Source of the DNA: an uncultured Roseburia sp. | GTDB taxonomy: Bacteria > Bacillota > Clostridia > Lachnospirales > Lachnospiraceae | Assembly (NCBI GenBank): GCA_910587865.1 | Contig: CAJUNX010000001.1 | Location: 81,398-145,397, forward strand | Direction of reading: 5' to 3' | Length of the DNA: 64,000 nt | Shown here: positions 8,611 to 17,910 of the stretch, piece after piece | Layout: each line of letters begins with the position of its first letter | Numbering within the stretch: position 1 is the stretch's first letter | The notes under the pieces: generated by a model | Databases searched by the model: none | Told to the model about the DNA's origin: nothing | The model's input: the letters and a program-made list of their open reading frames with translations, nothing else | Program-made: the position numbers and the translations under genes

Positions 8611-11172
8611 ATGCAGGTAAAAACAAGGACCTACAGCGGGTCAAAGAGCACAGAGGTGAGCGCGCGGGAGCTGGAAAATCGTAAGGTGGCCCGGGCGGCC
8701 GCGGCGGAGGGGATCGTCCTCATGAAAAACGACGGCGTCCTGCCGATTAAAAAAGGGCAGACGGCAGCGCTGTACGGAAACGGAGTTTCCCATTTTATCA
8801 AGGGCGGGACCGGATCCGGCGACGTCAATGAGCGTGAGGTCGTGACGATCCAGGAAGGGCTGTCCGCAGCCGGAGTGACGCTGGTAAACGAGGCGGCGGT
8901 GATGGCCGCGCCAAAGGCCTATATGGAGGCAAAATATGCCTGGAGAGACGGGATTGTCGAGGCGATGAACGCGGCCGGCACCGGAAGCGATATGGCATTT
9001 TTTCAGGTGCTGAAAGAGCATCCGTTTGTGGAGCCGGAGAATGTTCCGGTGATTCCGGAGGAGGTTTCCGCGGCGGACGCCGTGATCTATGTGATCAGCC
9101 GGATCGCCGGTGAGGGCAGAGACCGTTTTGACGAAAAGGGAGATTATTATTTAAGCGATGCGGAGGAAGCGGAGCTTGCCGAGCTCGCGAAGTATACGCA
9201 GAAGATTGTGGTTCTGATCAATGCGGGCGGCCAGATTGACGTAAAGGCAATCCTTGCGAATCCTTCCGTAAAAGGCCTGCTCAATATCTCGCAGGGCGGG
9301 ATGGAGACCGGAAATGCGGTGGCTGACGTGCTGACCGGAGCGGTGACGCCGTCCGGAAAGCTGACCGGCACCTGGACGAAAGAGTACGGTGATTTCCCGA
9401 ATTCCGCGACCTTCAGCCACAATAACGGAAATACCGATACCGAGAAGTACGAGGAAGGCATCTATGTCGGCTATCGCTATTTCGACAGCTTTGGAGTGGA
9501 TGTGCAGTACCCGTTCGGATACGGACTTTCCTACACGTCGTTTGCGATAAAAACGGATGCGGTGGTCTGTGACGGGACGTCTGTGAGCGTGACGGCGGTC
9601 GTGACAAATACCGGGAAGGAATATGCGGGAAAAGAGGTCGTGCAGATCTATGCCGCGCTGCCGCTAAGCGGGATGAAAAAAGAGTATAAGCGCCTGATCG
9701 GATTTGCGAAGACCAGACGCCTCGCGCCGGGTGAGAGCCAGACACTCACCGTCACCATGCCGGCGAAGATGCTCGCTTCCTTTGACGAGAGCAGGGCGGC
9801 CTGGGTCATCGAGGCGGGAGAATATGCGGTGTTAGTCGGCAATTCCTCTGCGGATACCACGGTGGAAGGCATTCTTTCGGTGGCGCAGGATACTGTGATG
9901 GAGCAGGTGACGCATATCTGTCCGCTGAAGGAAGAGCTAAACGAAATTGTGCGCCCGGATGAGGTGGCGGAGAAGCTGACGGCGGCCTGGAAAGGCGCGG
10001 CGCAGGAGAAAGGGCTTGCACCGATCCCGTTTGCACCGGAGCCGGAGAAACTTGTGAAACGTCCGGAGGGAAGCCTTCTTAAGAAGGCGGCTCAGATCGC
10101 GGAGGAGCTGACCGACGATGAGATCACCGCCATGCTGATGGGTGAAATCACCAAGGGGCAGGACAATCTGAAGGAAGACGAGCTGGTGGAGACCGGAATC
10201 TACGTGCCGGGAGCGGCGGGTGAGACCAGCTGTGCGCTGGAGAAGCATGGAATCCCGGCAATTTCCATGGCGGACGGTCCCGCAGGGCTCCGTCTGATGC
10301 GCTCCTACGATGTGGACCGTGCGAGCGGTAAGATTTACAGCCAGAGTCTGATGGCGGCGCTCGAGAATGGATTATTTGCCATGGAGCATGAGCATCAGGA
10401 GGCGGATACCTACTATATGTATGCGACCGCAATTCCAATCGGGACGCTGCTCGCGCAGTCGTTTGACACGGAGCTGTTAGAGAAGGTCGGAGCCATGGTC
10501 GGCGGGGAGATGCAGGAGTTCGGCGTCGCATGGTGGCTGGCGCCAGGTATGAATATTCACAGGAACCCGCTGTGCGGAAGAAACTTCGAGTATTATTCCG
10601 AGGATCCGCTGGTAGCCGGCGTGATGGCGGCTGCGATCACACGCGGCGTGCAGTCGGTGCCGGGCGTCGGGACGACGATCAAACACTTTGCCTGCAACAA
10701 CCAGGAGGACAACCGCCTTGGATCGAACACCGTGATTTCCGAGCGTGCGCTGCGCGAGATTTATCTGCGCGGATTTGAGATCGCGGTGAAGAGTTCCCAG
10801 CCGATGTGCATTATGACTTCCTACAACCTGATCAACGGGGTCCATGCGGCAAACAGCAGGGACATCAACACGGTTGCCGCGAGGGAGGAATGGGATTTCA
10901 AGGGCATCATCATGACCGACTGGACGACGACGACCGCAGGCGGGAGCAGCCCGCACGGCTGTGCGCTTGCCGGAAACGACTTAATCATGCCGGGACATCA
11001 GATCGATGTGGACGACATTAAGGCCGCGCTCGCATCCGGCGATCTTCCGAGGGAGACCGCGCGTGAGTGCTGCGCGAGACTGTTTGCGGTGATCTTCCAG
11101 ACACTGGGCATGGAGGATGCGCCGGCGTACGGAGCGCAGTTTGATGTGAAGCCGTATGTTGAGGTAAAATAG
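8611..11172 (+). CDS. Glycoside hydrolase family 3 beta-glucosidase, reversed domain order
   Basis: GH3 C-domain first (AAAEGIVLMKN, YPFGYGLSY), then Fn3-like, then the TIM barrel (DGPAGLR, GRNFEYYSEDP, KHFACN, IMTDW nucleophile). Confidence 0.92.
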   Translation: MQVKTRTYSGSKSTEVSARELENRKVARAAAAEGIVLMKNDGVLPIKKGQTAALYGNGVSHFIKGGTGSGDVNEREVVTIQEGLSAAGVTLVNEAAVMAAPKAYMEAKYAWRDGIVEAMNAAGTGSDMAFFQVLKEHPFVEPENVPVIPEEVSAADAVIYVISRIAGEGRDRFDEKGDYYLSDAEEAELAELAKYTQKIVVLINAGGQIDVKAILANPSVKGLLNISQGGMETGNAVADVLTGAVTPSGKLTGTWTKEYGDFPNSATFSHNNGNTDTEKYEEGIYVGYRYFDSFGVDVQYPFGYGLSYTSFAIKTDAVVCDGTSVSVTAVVTNTGKEYAGKEVVQIYAALPLSGMKKEYKRLIGFAKTRRLAPGESQTLTVTMPAKMLASFDESRAAWVIEAGEYAVLVGNSSADTTVEGILSVAQDTVMEQVTHICPLKEELNEIVRPDEVAEKLTAAWKGAAQEKGLAPIPFAPEPEKLVKRPEGSLLKKAAQIAEELTDDEITAMLMGEITKGQDNLKEDELVETGIYVPGAAGETSCALEKHGIPAISMADGPAGLRLMRSYDVDRASGKIYSQSLMAALENGLFAMEHEHQEADTYYMYATAIPIGTLLAQSFDTELLEKVGAMVGGEMQEFGVAWWLAPGMNIHRNPLCGRNFEYYSEDPLVAGVMAAAITRGVQSVPGVGTTIKHFACNNQEDNRLGSNTVISERALREIYLRGFEIAVKSSQPMCIMTSYNLINGVHAANSRDINTVAAREEWDFKGIIMTDWTTTTAGGSSPHGCALAGNDLIMPGHQIDVDDIKAALASGDLPRETARECCARLFAVIFQTLGMEDAPAYGAQFDVKPYVEVK

Positions 11173-11210
11173 AGACGTGTAAGGAAACGTTTACAGGAGG
11201 GCTGTCTGAC

Positions 11211-12946
11211 ATGAAAAAGGCATTGCCGGTTGGCGTGGATAATTTTCAGAAACTGATTACTGACGGATATTATTATACGGACAAAACGTTGCTGATCAAA
11301 GAGCTTTTGGATTTAAAGGGAGAGGTGAATCTCTTCACCCGCCCCAGACGCTTCGGCAAGACGCTGAACTTAAGTATGCTGCGGTACTTCTTTGAGGACA
11401 CCGGGAATGCACAGGAAAATGAGCGGAACCGGGAGCTGTTTCGGGGACTGGGCATTATGGAAGCCGGGGAGTCTTACACGGGTCAGATGTGTCAGTATCC
11501 GGTGATGAACCTGACGTTAAAATCGGCGAAGCAGGAGAACTATGAGACGGCTTACTATATGTTAAGAAGCGCGATTGCCTCGGAATTCGGGCGGCACAGG
11601 GCTGTGGTTCAGAACGGAAAGGATCTCACAGAGGCGGCGGAATATGAGCGCTATATGCGGATCGCAGACGGAAAGCGGGTGAGGAGGAGATCCGCGGCTC
11701 CCTGCTGCTGTTTTCCAAATGTATGTATCAGGTTACAGGAAAAAAGACCGTGATCTTAATCGATGAATATGATGTGCCGCTGGAAAATTCCTACTTCTGC
11801 GGATTCTATGAGCAGATGGTGGGTTTTATCCGGGCGCTGTTTGAATCTGCACTGAAAACGAATGATTATCTGCAGTTTGCCGTGATCACCGGATGCATGC
11901 CCACTGTGTGGGCAGGAAGAACGCCGGGGCGTTCTTCACGTACCGGGTATGAGAGTATCTTCAAAGGACTGAATCATCTTAGAATCATATCAATACTGGA
12001 TAAACAGTACAGTGAGCATTTCGGATTTACGGAGCCGGAAGTGCTGGAAATGATGAAGTATTACGGTGTGGAAGAGCGTTTTCCCACGATGAAGGAATGG
12101 TACGACGGCTATGCATTCGGTGATTCCGATGTCTATAATCCGTGGAGTGTCATCAATTTTCTGTATGATCTGAATGCTGATATCCATGCGTTCCCGCGCC
12201 CCTACTGGATCAACACCAGCTCGAATGATATCATAAAGGAGCTGATCCGACGGGCCGGCCGCGGGACAAAGGAGCAGATCGAGACGCTGCTTCTGGGGCG
12301 GACGATGGACATCCAGGTGCACGAGGAAGTCACTTACGCGGATATGCAGGATACCGGCGAGAATCTGTGGAATTTCCTGTACTTTACCGGATATCTGACA
12401 AAAGAGAGCGAATATTTTAAGGAGGATGCCATTTGGCTTAAGGTGCGTATTCCGGATACCGAGGTAAAGACGATCTATCAGAATACGATTTTAAACTGGT
12501 TCCGCGACCGGATAAAAAAACAGAATTTTCATGATCTGTACCGGGCGATGGAGCAGGGCGATGCGGCAAAAATGACGGAGATCCTGACCGCACAGCTGTC
12601 CGGTACGATCAGCTTTTATGACAGCGCGGAGAACTTCTATCACGGATTTCTGGCAGGGATCCTAAGTCAGAGCGAGGATTATCTCGTGACCTCAAACCGC
12701 GAGAGCGGGAACGGCCGGTCGGACATCATGGTGCGGACGCCTTCGCTGCGGGGCAGGGCGTTTGTGCTTGAGCTTAAGGTATCCGCTTCGATCGACGAAC
12801 TGGAAGCGGATGCGGTGCGGGCGATGGCACAGATTCGGGAGAAGAATTATGTGCAGGAGCTTCAGACGGAAGGGTACCGGAAGATCGACTGTTACGGAGT
12901 TTCATTTTACAGGAAGGACTGTGAGGTTTTTGCAGGGCATTTCTGA
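11211..12946 (+). pseudogene. AAA-ATPase-like / PD-(D/E)XK nuclease (DUF1703/PDDEXK_9) gene split by a 1-bp frameshift
   Basis: Walker A RPRRFGKT in the first ORF; Walker B ILIDEYD and [14 protein letters not shown] in the second. Frames join at ~11672 if one base is added. Confidence 0.8.
11898..11937. repeat. Double-hairpin element inserted within the AAA gene
   Basis: TGCCCAC-tgt-GTGGGCA followed by GAAGAACGCC-gg-GGCGTTCTTC. Confidence 0.7.
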
Positions 12947-12980
12947 TGAAAAAGATCCGTCGGATTCTCTTGTTCCGTAT

Positions 12981-13009
12981 TTGACAAAACCTCCGTCTGG
13001 GGATAGAAT
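12981..13009 (+). promoter_or_regulatory. Putative sigma-A promoter of the MATE gene
   Basis: TTGACA-N17-TAGAAT. Confidence 0.7.
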
Positions 13010-13078
13010 AAGAAAAGATGCGGTGAGACATAGATCAGAGGAGGAAAGCCTGTAAAAGCGCAGGTATGGTTGTGAAGG

Positions 13079-14491
13079 ATGAGAGCTGAGTCAGAAAATA
13101 CAAAGCCGGAGAACACAAAGGCGGGAGAACGAAGGCAGAAAAAATACGAAATCGACATGTGCAGCGGGTCCGTGCTCGGGAAAATGCTGTTATTCGCACT
13201 TCCGCTGATGTGCTCGAGCGTGCTTCAGCTACTCTTTAACGCGGCTGACATTATTGTGGTCGGAAGATTTGCGGGCGATAATTCTCTCGCGGCGGTGGGG
13301 TCGAACAGCTCGCTGATCAATCTTCTGACCAACTTTTTCATGGGGCTCTCCGTCGGTGCGAACGTGCTGACGGCGGGCTATTTTGGTGCAAAACAGAAAA
13401 AGGATCTGGTGGAGACCGTACATACTGCGATGCTTCTAAGCATTTACAGCGGGCTGGTTCTAACCCTGGTGGGCTGTGTCGGCGCAAAGCAGCTGCTGAT
13501 GTGGATGAAGACGCCGGAGGAAGTGCTGCCGCTTGCGGTGCTGTATCTGCGGATTTATTTTTTGGGAATGACGGCGATGATGGTCTATAATTTCGGCAGC
13601 GCGATCATGCGTGCAGTGGGAGACACCAGGAGGCCGCTTTATTTTCTGGCGATCTCCGGGGTGATCAATGTGGCATTAAATCTGCTGTTTGTCGTTGTAT
13701 TCAGGCTGGATGTGGCCGGTGTTGCGATCGCGACGGTGGTGTCGCAGTGCATTTCCGCATTCCTGATCGTCCGGTGCATGATGGGGATGAAGGACAGCGT
13801 TCACCTGGAGCTGTCCGCACTTCATATTTACCGCGATAAGTTCAGGAGAATCCTCACGATCGGCCTGCCTGCCAGCTTTCAGGGCATGTTGTTTTCCTTC
13901 TCCAACGTGATCATCCAGTCGTCGGTGAATTCCTTCGGCGCGGTGACGGTTGCAGGGAATTCGGCGGCGGCCAATATCGAAGGGTTTGTCTATGTGGCCA
14001 TGAACGCCTTCCACCAGGCGGCGATTTCCTTTACCAGCCAGAATATCGGCGCGGCAAAGTACGGGAGGGTGAACCGGATCGTGTATACGTCGCAGCTGTG
14101 CGTGATTGTGGTGGGAACGCTGCTCGGAAATGTGGCGGTACTGTTCGGACGGCCGCTGCTCGGTCTTTATACGACGAGTGCTGCGGTGGTGGAAGCCGGG
14201 ATGATACGGCTTGGGATTATCTGCCGGCTGTATGCGCTCTGCGGCATGATGGACGTGATGGTAGGGATTCTGCGCGGGCTCGGATATTCGGTGATGCCGA
14301 TGTTCGTATCTTTAGTCGGGGCCTGCGGCCTGCGGCTGATCTGGATTTTCACATTTTTCCGGATGGAACCGCTTCACACGATTCAGTCACTGTACATCAC
14401 CTACCCGGTCAGCTGGTTTATCACGTTTGCGGCACATACGGTCTGTTTTTTCATTGTGCGCCGCAGACTGTCAAAAAAATGGGGCTGCTGA
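13079..14491 (+). CDS. MATE family efflux transporter
   Basis: LQLLFNAADIIVVGRF, RAVGDTRRPL and GVAIATVVSQ; about 12 TM helices. Confidence 0.92.
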   Translation: MRAESENTKPENTKAGERRQKKYEIDMCSGSVLGKMLLFALPLMCSSVLQLLFNAADIIVVGRFAGDNSLAAVGSNSSLINLLTNFFMGLSVGANVLTAGYFGAKQKKDLVETVHTAMLLSIYSGLVLTLVGCVGAKQLLMWMKTPEEVLPLAVLYLRIYFLGMTAMMVYNFGSAIMRAVGDTRRPLYFLAISGVINVALNLLFVVVFRLDVAGVAIATVVSQCISAFLIVRCMMGMKDSVHLELSALHIYRDKFRRILTIGLPASFQGMLFSFSNVIIQSSVNSFGAVTVAGNSAAANIEGFVYVAMNAFHQAAISFTSQNIGAAKYGRVNRIVYTSQLCVIVVGTLLGNVAVLFGRPLLGLYTTSAAVVEAGMIRLGIICRLYALCGMMDVMVGILRGLGYSVMPMFVSLVGACGLRLIWIFTFFRMEPLHTIQSLYITYPVSWFITFAAHTVCFFIVRRRLSKKWGC

Positions 14492-14507
14492 AAAAAAGAA
14501 AAAATGA

Positions 14508-14533
14508 TGCAACCATAGTTCTCCTTTTGCGTC
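14508..14533 (+). promoter_or_regulatory. Putative ECF sigma promoter of the serpin operon
   Basis: TGCAAC-N16-CGTC after an A-tract; matches the Firmicutes SigV/W/X-type consensus. Confidence 0.65.
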
Positions 14534-14636
14534 ATACTATATGAAAACAGTCAGAGTCTCTGCGGTTATCCGCGGGACTGCGGCGTCTGCGGGAGACGGT
14601 TCCCGCGCTATAGTATGACGGGAGGGGGATTTTTTT

Positions 14637-15962
14637 ATGGAAAGAATGGAAAAAACAAACGGAAAGAGACGAAGCGGCGGACAAAAACGGATCAGGGCGG
14701 CCGGGCTGGGGTGTCTTCTGACGGCATTGTGCGTGGCTGCCGGGTGTGCAGGCCGGGGGCACGCGGTGAAGCTTTCGCGTTCCACGGTGGAGCTGACGGC
14801 GGATGACAGAGAGGCAGGCAACGTCGGGGGCGGGACGGATGCGGCAGAAGGAGAGGAATTTCAGGCATCTTACCTGAATTTTTCCCTGGAACTGCTGCGG
14901 CAGAGCAGGTCGGGGCAGAATGTGATGGTGTCGCCGGCATCCGTTCTTCTGGCTCTTGAGATGACCAGGTGCGGCGCGGACGGGGAGACGCTCTCGCAGA
15001 TGAATGAGACGCTCTACCCCGGGATCACGCCGGAGCAGGGCAGGGAGGGCGCGATGGCGCTTCATGCGGTTTTAAACGGTGATACCGGCGTGCCGGATCA
15101 GGTGCTCACCGCGGCGGATTCTGTTTGGATTCACACGGAGGACACGTTTGTGCCGGATGAGAATTTCCTCCGGACGGTCGCGGCGGATTATGACGCGCAG
15201 ATCTACGGCGCACCCTTTGACGAGACGACGCGTTCCGATATCAACCGCTGGGTAGAGGCAAAGACGAATGGGCAGATCCGTGATATTTTAAGTGAAATTT
15301 CGAGAGATGCAAAAGTATATCTCATCAATGCGGTCAGTTTTGACGGCGAATGGGAGGAACCCTATAAGACCAGTCAGGTGAATGACGCGGTATTTCGCGG
15401 GGCAAACGGCAGCGAGACCACGGTTTCCATGATGTATTCCTCCGAGTCCCGGTATCTCTCCGGGGACGGGGTTCAGGGATTTGTAAAGCCCTATAAGAAC
15501 GGTGTCAGCTTTGTGGCCCTGCTGCCGGATGAGGGAATTTCCCTGGAGGAATTTCTTGCGGGCTTAGACGGGGAGACCTTCCTTGAACTGCTCTCGGATG
15601 TGGAGGAGACGGAGGTTGAGACGGGGCTTCCGAAGTTTGAGAACACGATGAAAATCGAGCTGGCCGATATCCTTTCCGGAATGGGGATGCCGGAGGCTTT
15701 TTCCGAATACAATGCGGATTTTACCGGGATGGGGTACTGTACGGACGGGCGGAATCTCTTTATCAGCAAAGTGCTTCATCAGACGCATATCTGTGTGGAT
15801 GAACAGGGCACGAAGGCAGCGGCCGCGACGGTGGTAGAGACGGATGCGGGCGGTGCGGCGATAATGGGTGAGACGGTCATTTTAAACCGGCCGTTTCTGT
15901 ATGCGATCGTGGAGAATGAGAGCGGGCTGCCGGTGTTTTTAGGGACGGTGGAGCTGCTGTGA
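14637..15962 (+). CDS. Serpin (serine protease inhibitor), probable lipoprotein
   Basis: NVMVSPAS, INRWVEAKTNGQI, LINAVSFDGEW, hinge EQGTKAAAAT and LNRPFLYAI; lipobox-like VAAGC; RBS GGAGGG. Confidence 0.92.
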   Translation: MERMEKTNGKRRSGGQKRIRAAGLGCLLTALCVAAGCAGRGHAVKLSRSTVELTADDREAGNVGGGTDAAEGEEFQASYLNFSLELLRQSRSGQNVMVSPASVLLALEMTRCGADGETLSQMNETLYPGITPEQGREGAMALHAVLNGDTGVPDQVLTAADSVWIHTEDTFVPDENFLRTVAADYDAQIYGAPFDETTRSDINRWVEAKTNGQIRDILSEISRDAKVYLINAVSFDGEWEEPYKTSQVNDAVFRGANGSETTVSMMYSSESRYLSGDGVQGFVKPYKNGVSFVALLPDEGISLEEFLAGLDGETFLELLSDVEETEVETGLPKFENTMKIELADILSGMGMPEAFSEYNADFTGMGYCTDGRNLFISKVLHQTHICVDEQGTKAAAATVVETDAGGAAIMGETVILNRPFLYAIVENESGLPVFLGTVELL

Positions 15963-16041
15963 GAATCGGATAAAAGGAGAGCCGCAGGGAAGAGCAGGCG
16001 GCCGGACAGGGATGAGAGACCGAAGGGAGAGGAAAGGGCAG

Positions 16042-17343
16042 ATGAAAGGAATGGGGAACAGAAAGGCCGCCGCGGCAGCGGTGACCGGGATATTTGGAAT
16101 ATGTCTTGCGGCTGCGGGAGTGCGGACGGCGGGGGGAGCAGGGCTCTCTGCCTCCACGCAGGATCTGACGGCGGAGTACCGCAGAGGAGACGGCACGATG
16201 CAGGAGGAATACGGGATGGAACAGGAATTTCGGGAGTCTTACATGGAATTTTCCCTCGCGCTGCTAAAATGCTGCCGCGGGGAGGGGAGGAACGGCGCGT
16301 CAGGGGAAAACGTGCTGGTGTCCCCGGTGTCGGTGATTACCGCGGTCGGGATGGCGGGAGACGGCGCGAAAGGGGAAACGCTCTCCCAGATCAATCAGAC
16401 GCTGTATGCCGGACTTGATCCTGATCAGGCAAAAGAAGGCGTTTTCGCGTTCCGGCGGCAGCTGTCGGGGAAACATGAGGGCGCTGCGGTAAAACTGGCG
16501 GATTCGGTCTGGCTGCGCACCGGAGATGTGTTTGTGCCGAACGAGGAATTTCTCGCAGCGGCGGAGCAGAAGAACGCCGCGATTTACGGAGCGCCGTTTG
16601 ACGAGACGACCTGCGGTGATATCAACCGGTGGGTGGAAAAGAAAACGGACGGGGAGATTTCGGAGATTCTGGATGAGATTCCGCAGGATGCGGTGATGTA
16701 TCTGATCAATGCAGTGGCCTTTGAGGCCGAGTGGGAGGAACCGTATACGGTCAGCCAGATAACCGATGCGGTCTTTTACGGGGAAGACGGGACAGAGGCG
16801 GCCGTGACCATGATGTACTCGGAAGAAGCCGTATTCCTCTCGGGCGCGGGCGCACGGGGCGTGAGAAAACCTTACCTGGGCGGATACAGCTTTGTGGCAT
16901 TGATGCCGGAGGAGGGGACGGATTTTTCGGAGTGGCTGGACGGATTTGACAAAGAGGCATTTTTACAGATCCTCGGGGAGGAAAAAGCGCTGACCGTGCA
17001 GACGGGGATCCCGAAAATGGACAGCAGAACGGATCTGGAGCTGTCCGCCGTGCTTGCGGATATGGGAATGCCGCTGGCGTTTGACGAGAAAAAGGCGGAT
17101 TTCTCAGGAATCGGAAGCTGTACGGACGGGGCGAATATTTTTATCAGCCGTGTGCTGCATGGGACGCATATCTGCGTGGATGGAAAGGGGACGAAAGCCG
17201 GAGCAGCGACAGTTGTAGAGATGACAAGGGAGCTGGGGGCGTTCGAGGAGGAGCGTGTGGTACTTGACCGGCCGTTTCTGTATGCGATCGTGGAGGATGA
17301 GAGCGGACTGCCGGTGTTTTTAGGGACGGCGGAGCATTTTTAG
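16042..17343 (+). CDS. Serpin paralog with N-terminal signal/anchor
   Basis: NVLVSPVS, INRWVEKKTDGEI, LINAVAFEAEW, hinge GKGTKAGAAT and LDRPFLYAI. Confidence 0.92.
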   Translation: MKGMGNRKAAAAAVTGIFGICLAAAGVRTAGGAGLSASTQDLTAEYRRGDGTMQEEYGMEQEFRESYMEFSLALLKCCRGEGRNGASGENVLVSPVSVITAVGMAGDGAKGETLSQINQTLYAGLDPDQAKEGVFAFRRQLSGKHEGAAVKLADSVWLRTGDVFVPNEEFLAAAEQKNAAIYGAPFDETTCGDINRWVEKKTDGEISEILDEIPQDAVMYLINAVAFEAEWEEPYTVSQITDAVFYGEDGTEAAVTMMYSEEAVFLSGAGARGVRKPYLGGYSFVALMPEEGTDFSEWLDGFDKEAFLQILGEEKALTVQTGIPKMDSRTDLELSAVLADMGMPLAFDEKKADFSGIGSCTDGANIFISRVLHGTHICVDGKGTKAGAATVVEMTRELGAFEEERVVLDRPFLYAIVEDESGLPVFLGTAEHF

Positions 17344-17355
17344 CGGGAGAAAAGA

Positions 17356-17910
17356 ATGGAAGACGGAAAGATAATCGATCTGTACTGGGAGAGAGATCAG
17401 ACGGCGATCCTGCACACAGAGCAGAAATACGGAACCTACTGCCGCCGCATTGCGGGCAATATCCTCTGCGACAGGGAGGACTGTGAGGAATGCATCAATG
17501 ATACCTGGTTTCGTGCGTGGAATTCGATGCCAAAGGAGCGGCCAGATCTTCTGCGCGCGTTTCTGGGGGCGATCACGCGCAATCTCTCGCTGGACCGCTA
17601 CCGCAGAAAACATTCCGCAAAGCGCGGAAACGGGGAGATCACGTACATATTTGACGAAATGCGGGACTGTGCAGGCGGGGACGAGCCGTATCATCATATA
17701 CAGCGGAAGGAGCTCGCGGAGGGGATCAGCCGGTTTCTCTCGAAGCTGGACACAGAGCAGCGGGTGATATTCGTGCGCAGATACTGGTATATGGACGGGA
17801 TCGGGGAGATTGCCGACCGTCTTAAGATCAGCGAGAGCAAGGCGAAATCATCGCTGTTCCGCACCAGGAAAAAACTGCGGAGTTATCTTTTGGAGGAGGG
17901 TCTGATGTGA
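17356..17910 (+). CDS. ECF RNA polymerase sigma factor
   Basis: Region 2 DCEECINDTWFRAW..ITRNLSLDRYR; region 4 IFVRRYWY..EIA..SKAKSSLFRTRKKL. Confidence 0.93.
   Translation: MEDGKIIDLYWERDQTAILHTEQKYGTYCRRIAGNILCDREDCEECINDTWFRAWNSMPKERPDLLRAFLGAITRNLSLDRYRRKHSAKRGNGEITYIFDEMRDCAGGDEPYHHIQRKELAEGISRFLSKLDTEQRVIFVRRYWYMDGIGEIADRLKISESKAKSSLFRTRKKLRSYLLEEGLM

Noticed and set aside
11668..11680. Programmed ribosomal frameshift in the AAA gene
   Set aside because: No canonical slippery heptamer or adjacent stimulatory stem; a simple 1-bp deletion explains it
11898..11939. CPLCGQEE 'zinc knuckle' in an alternative frame
   Set aside because: By-product of the palindromic sequence; it is not in the ATPase frame and has no supported start
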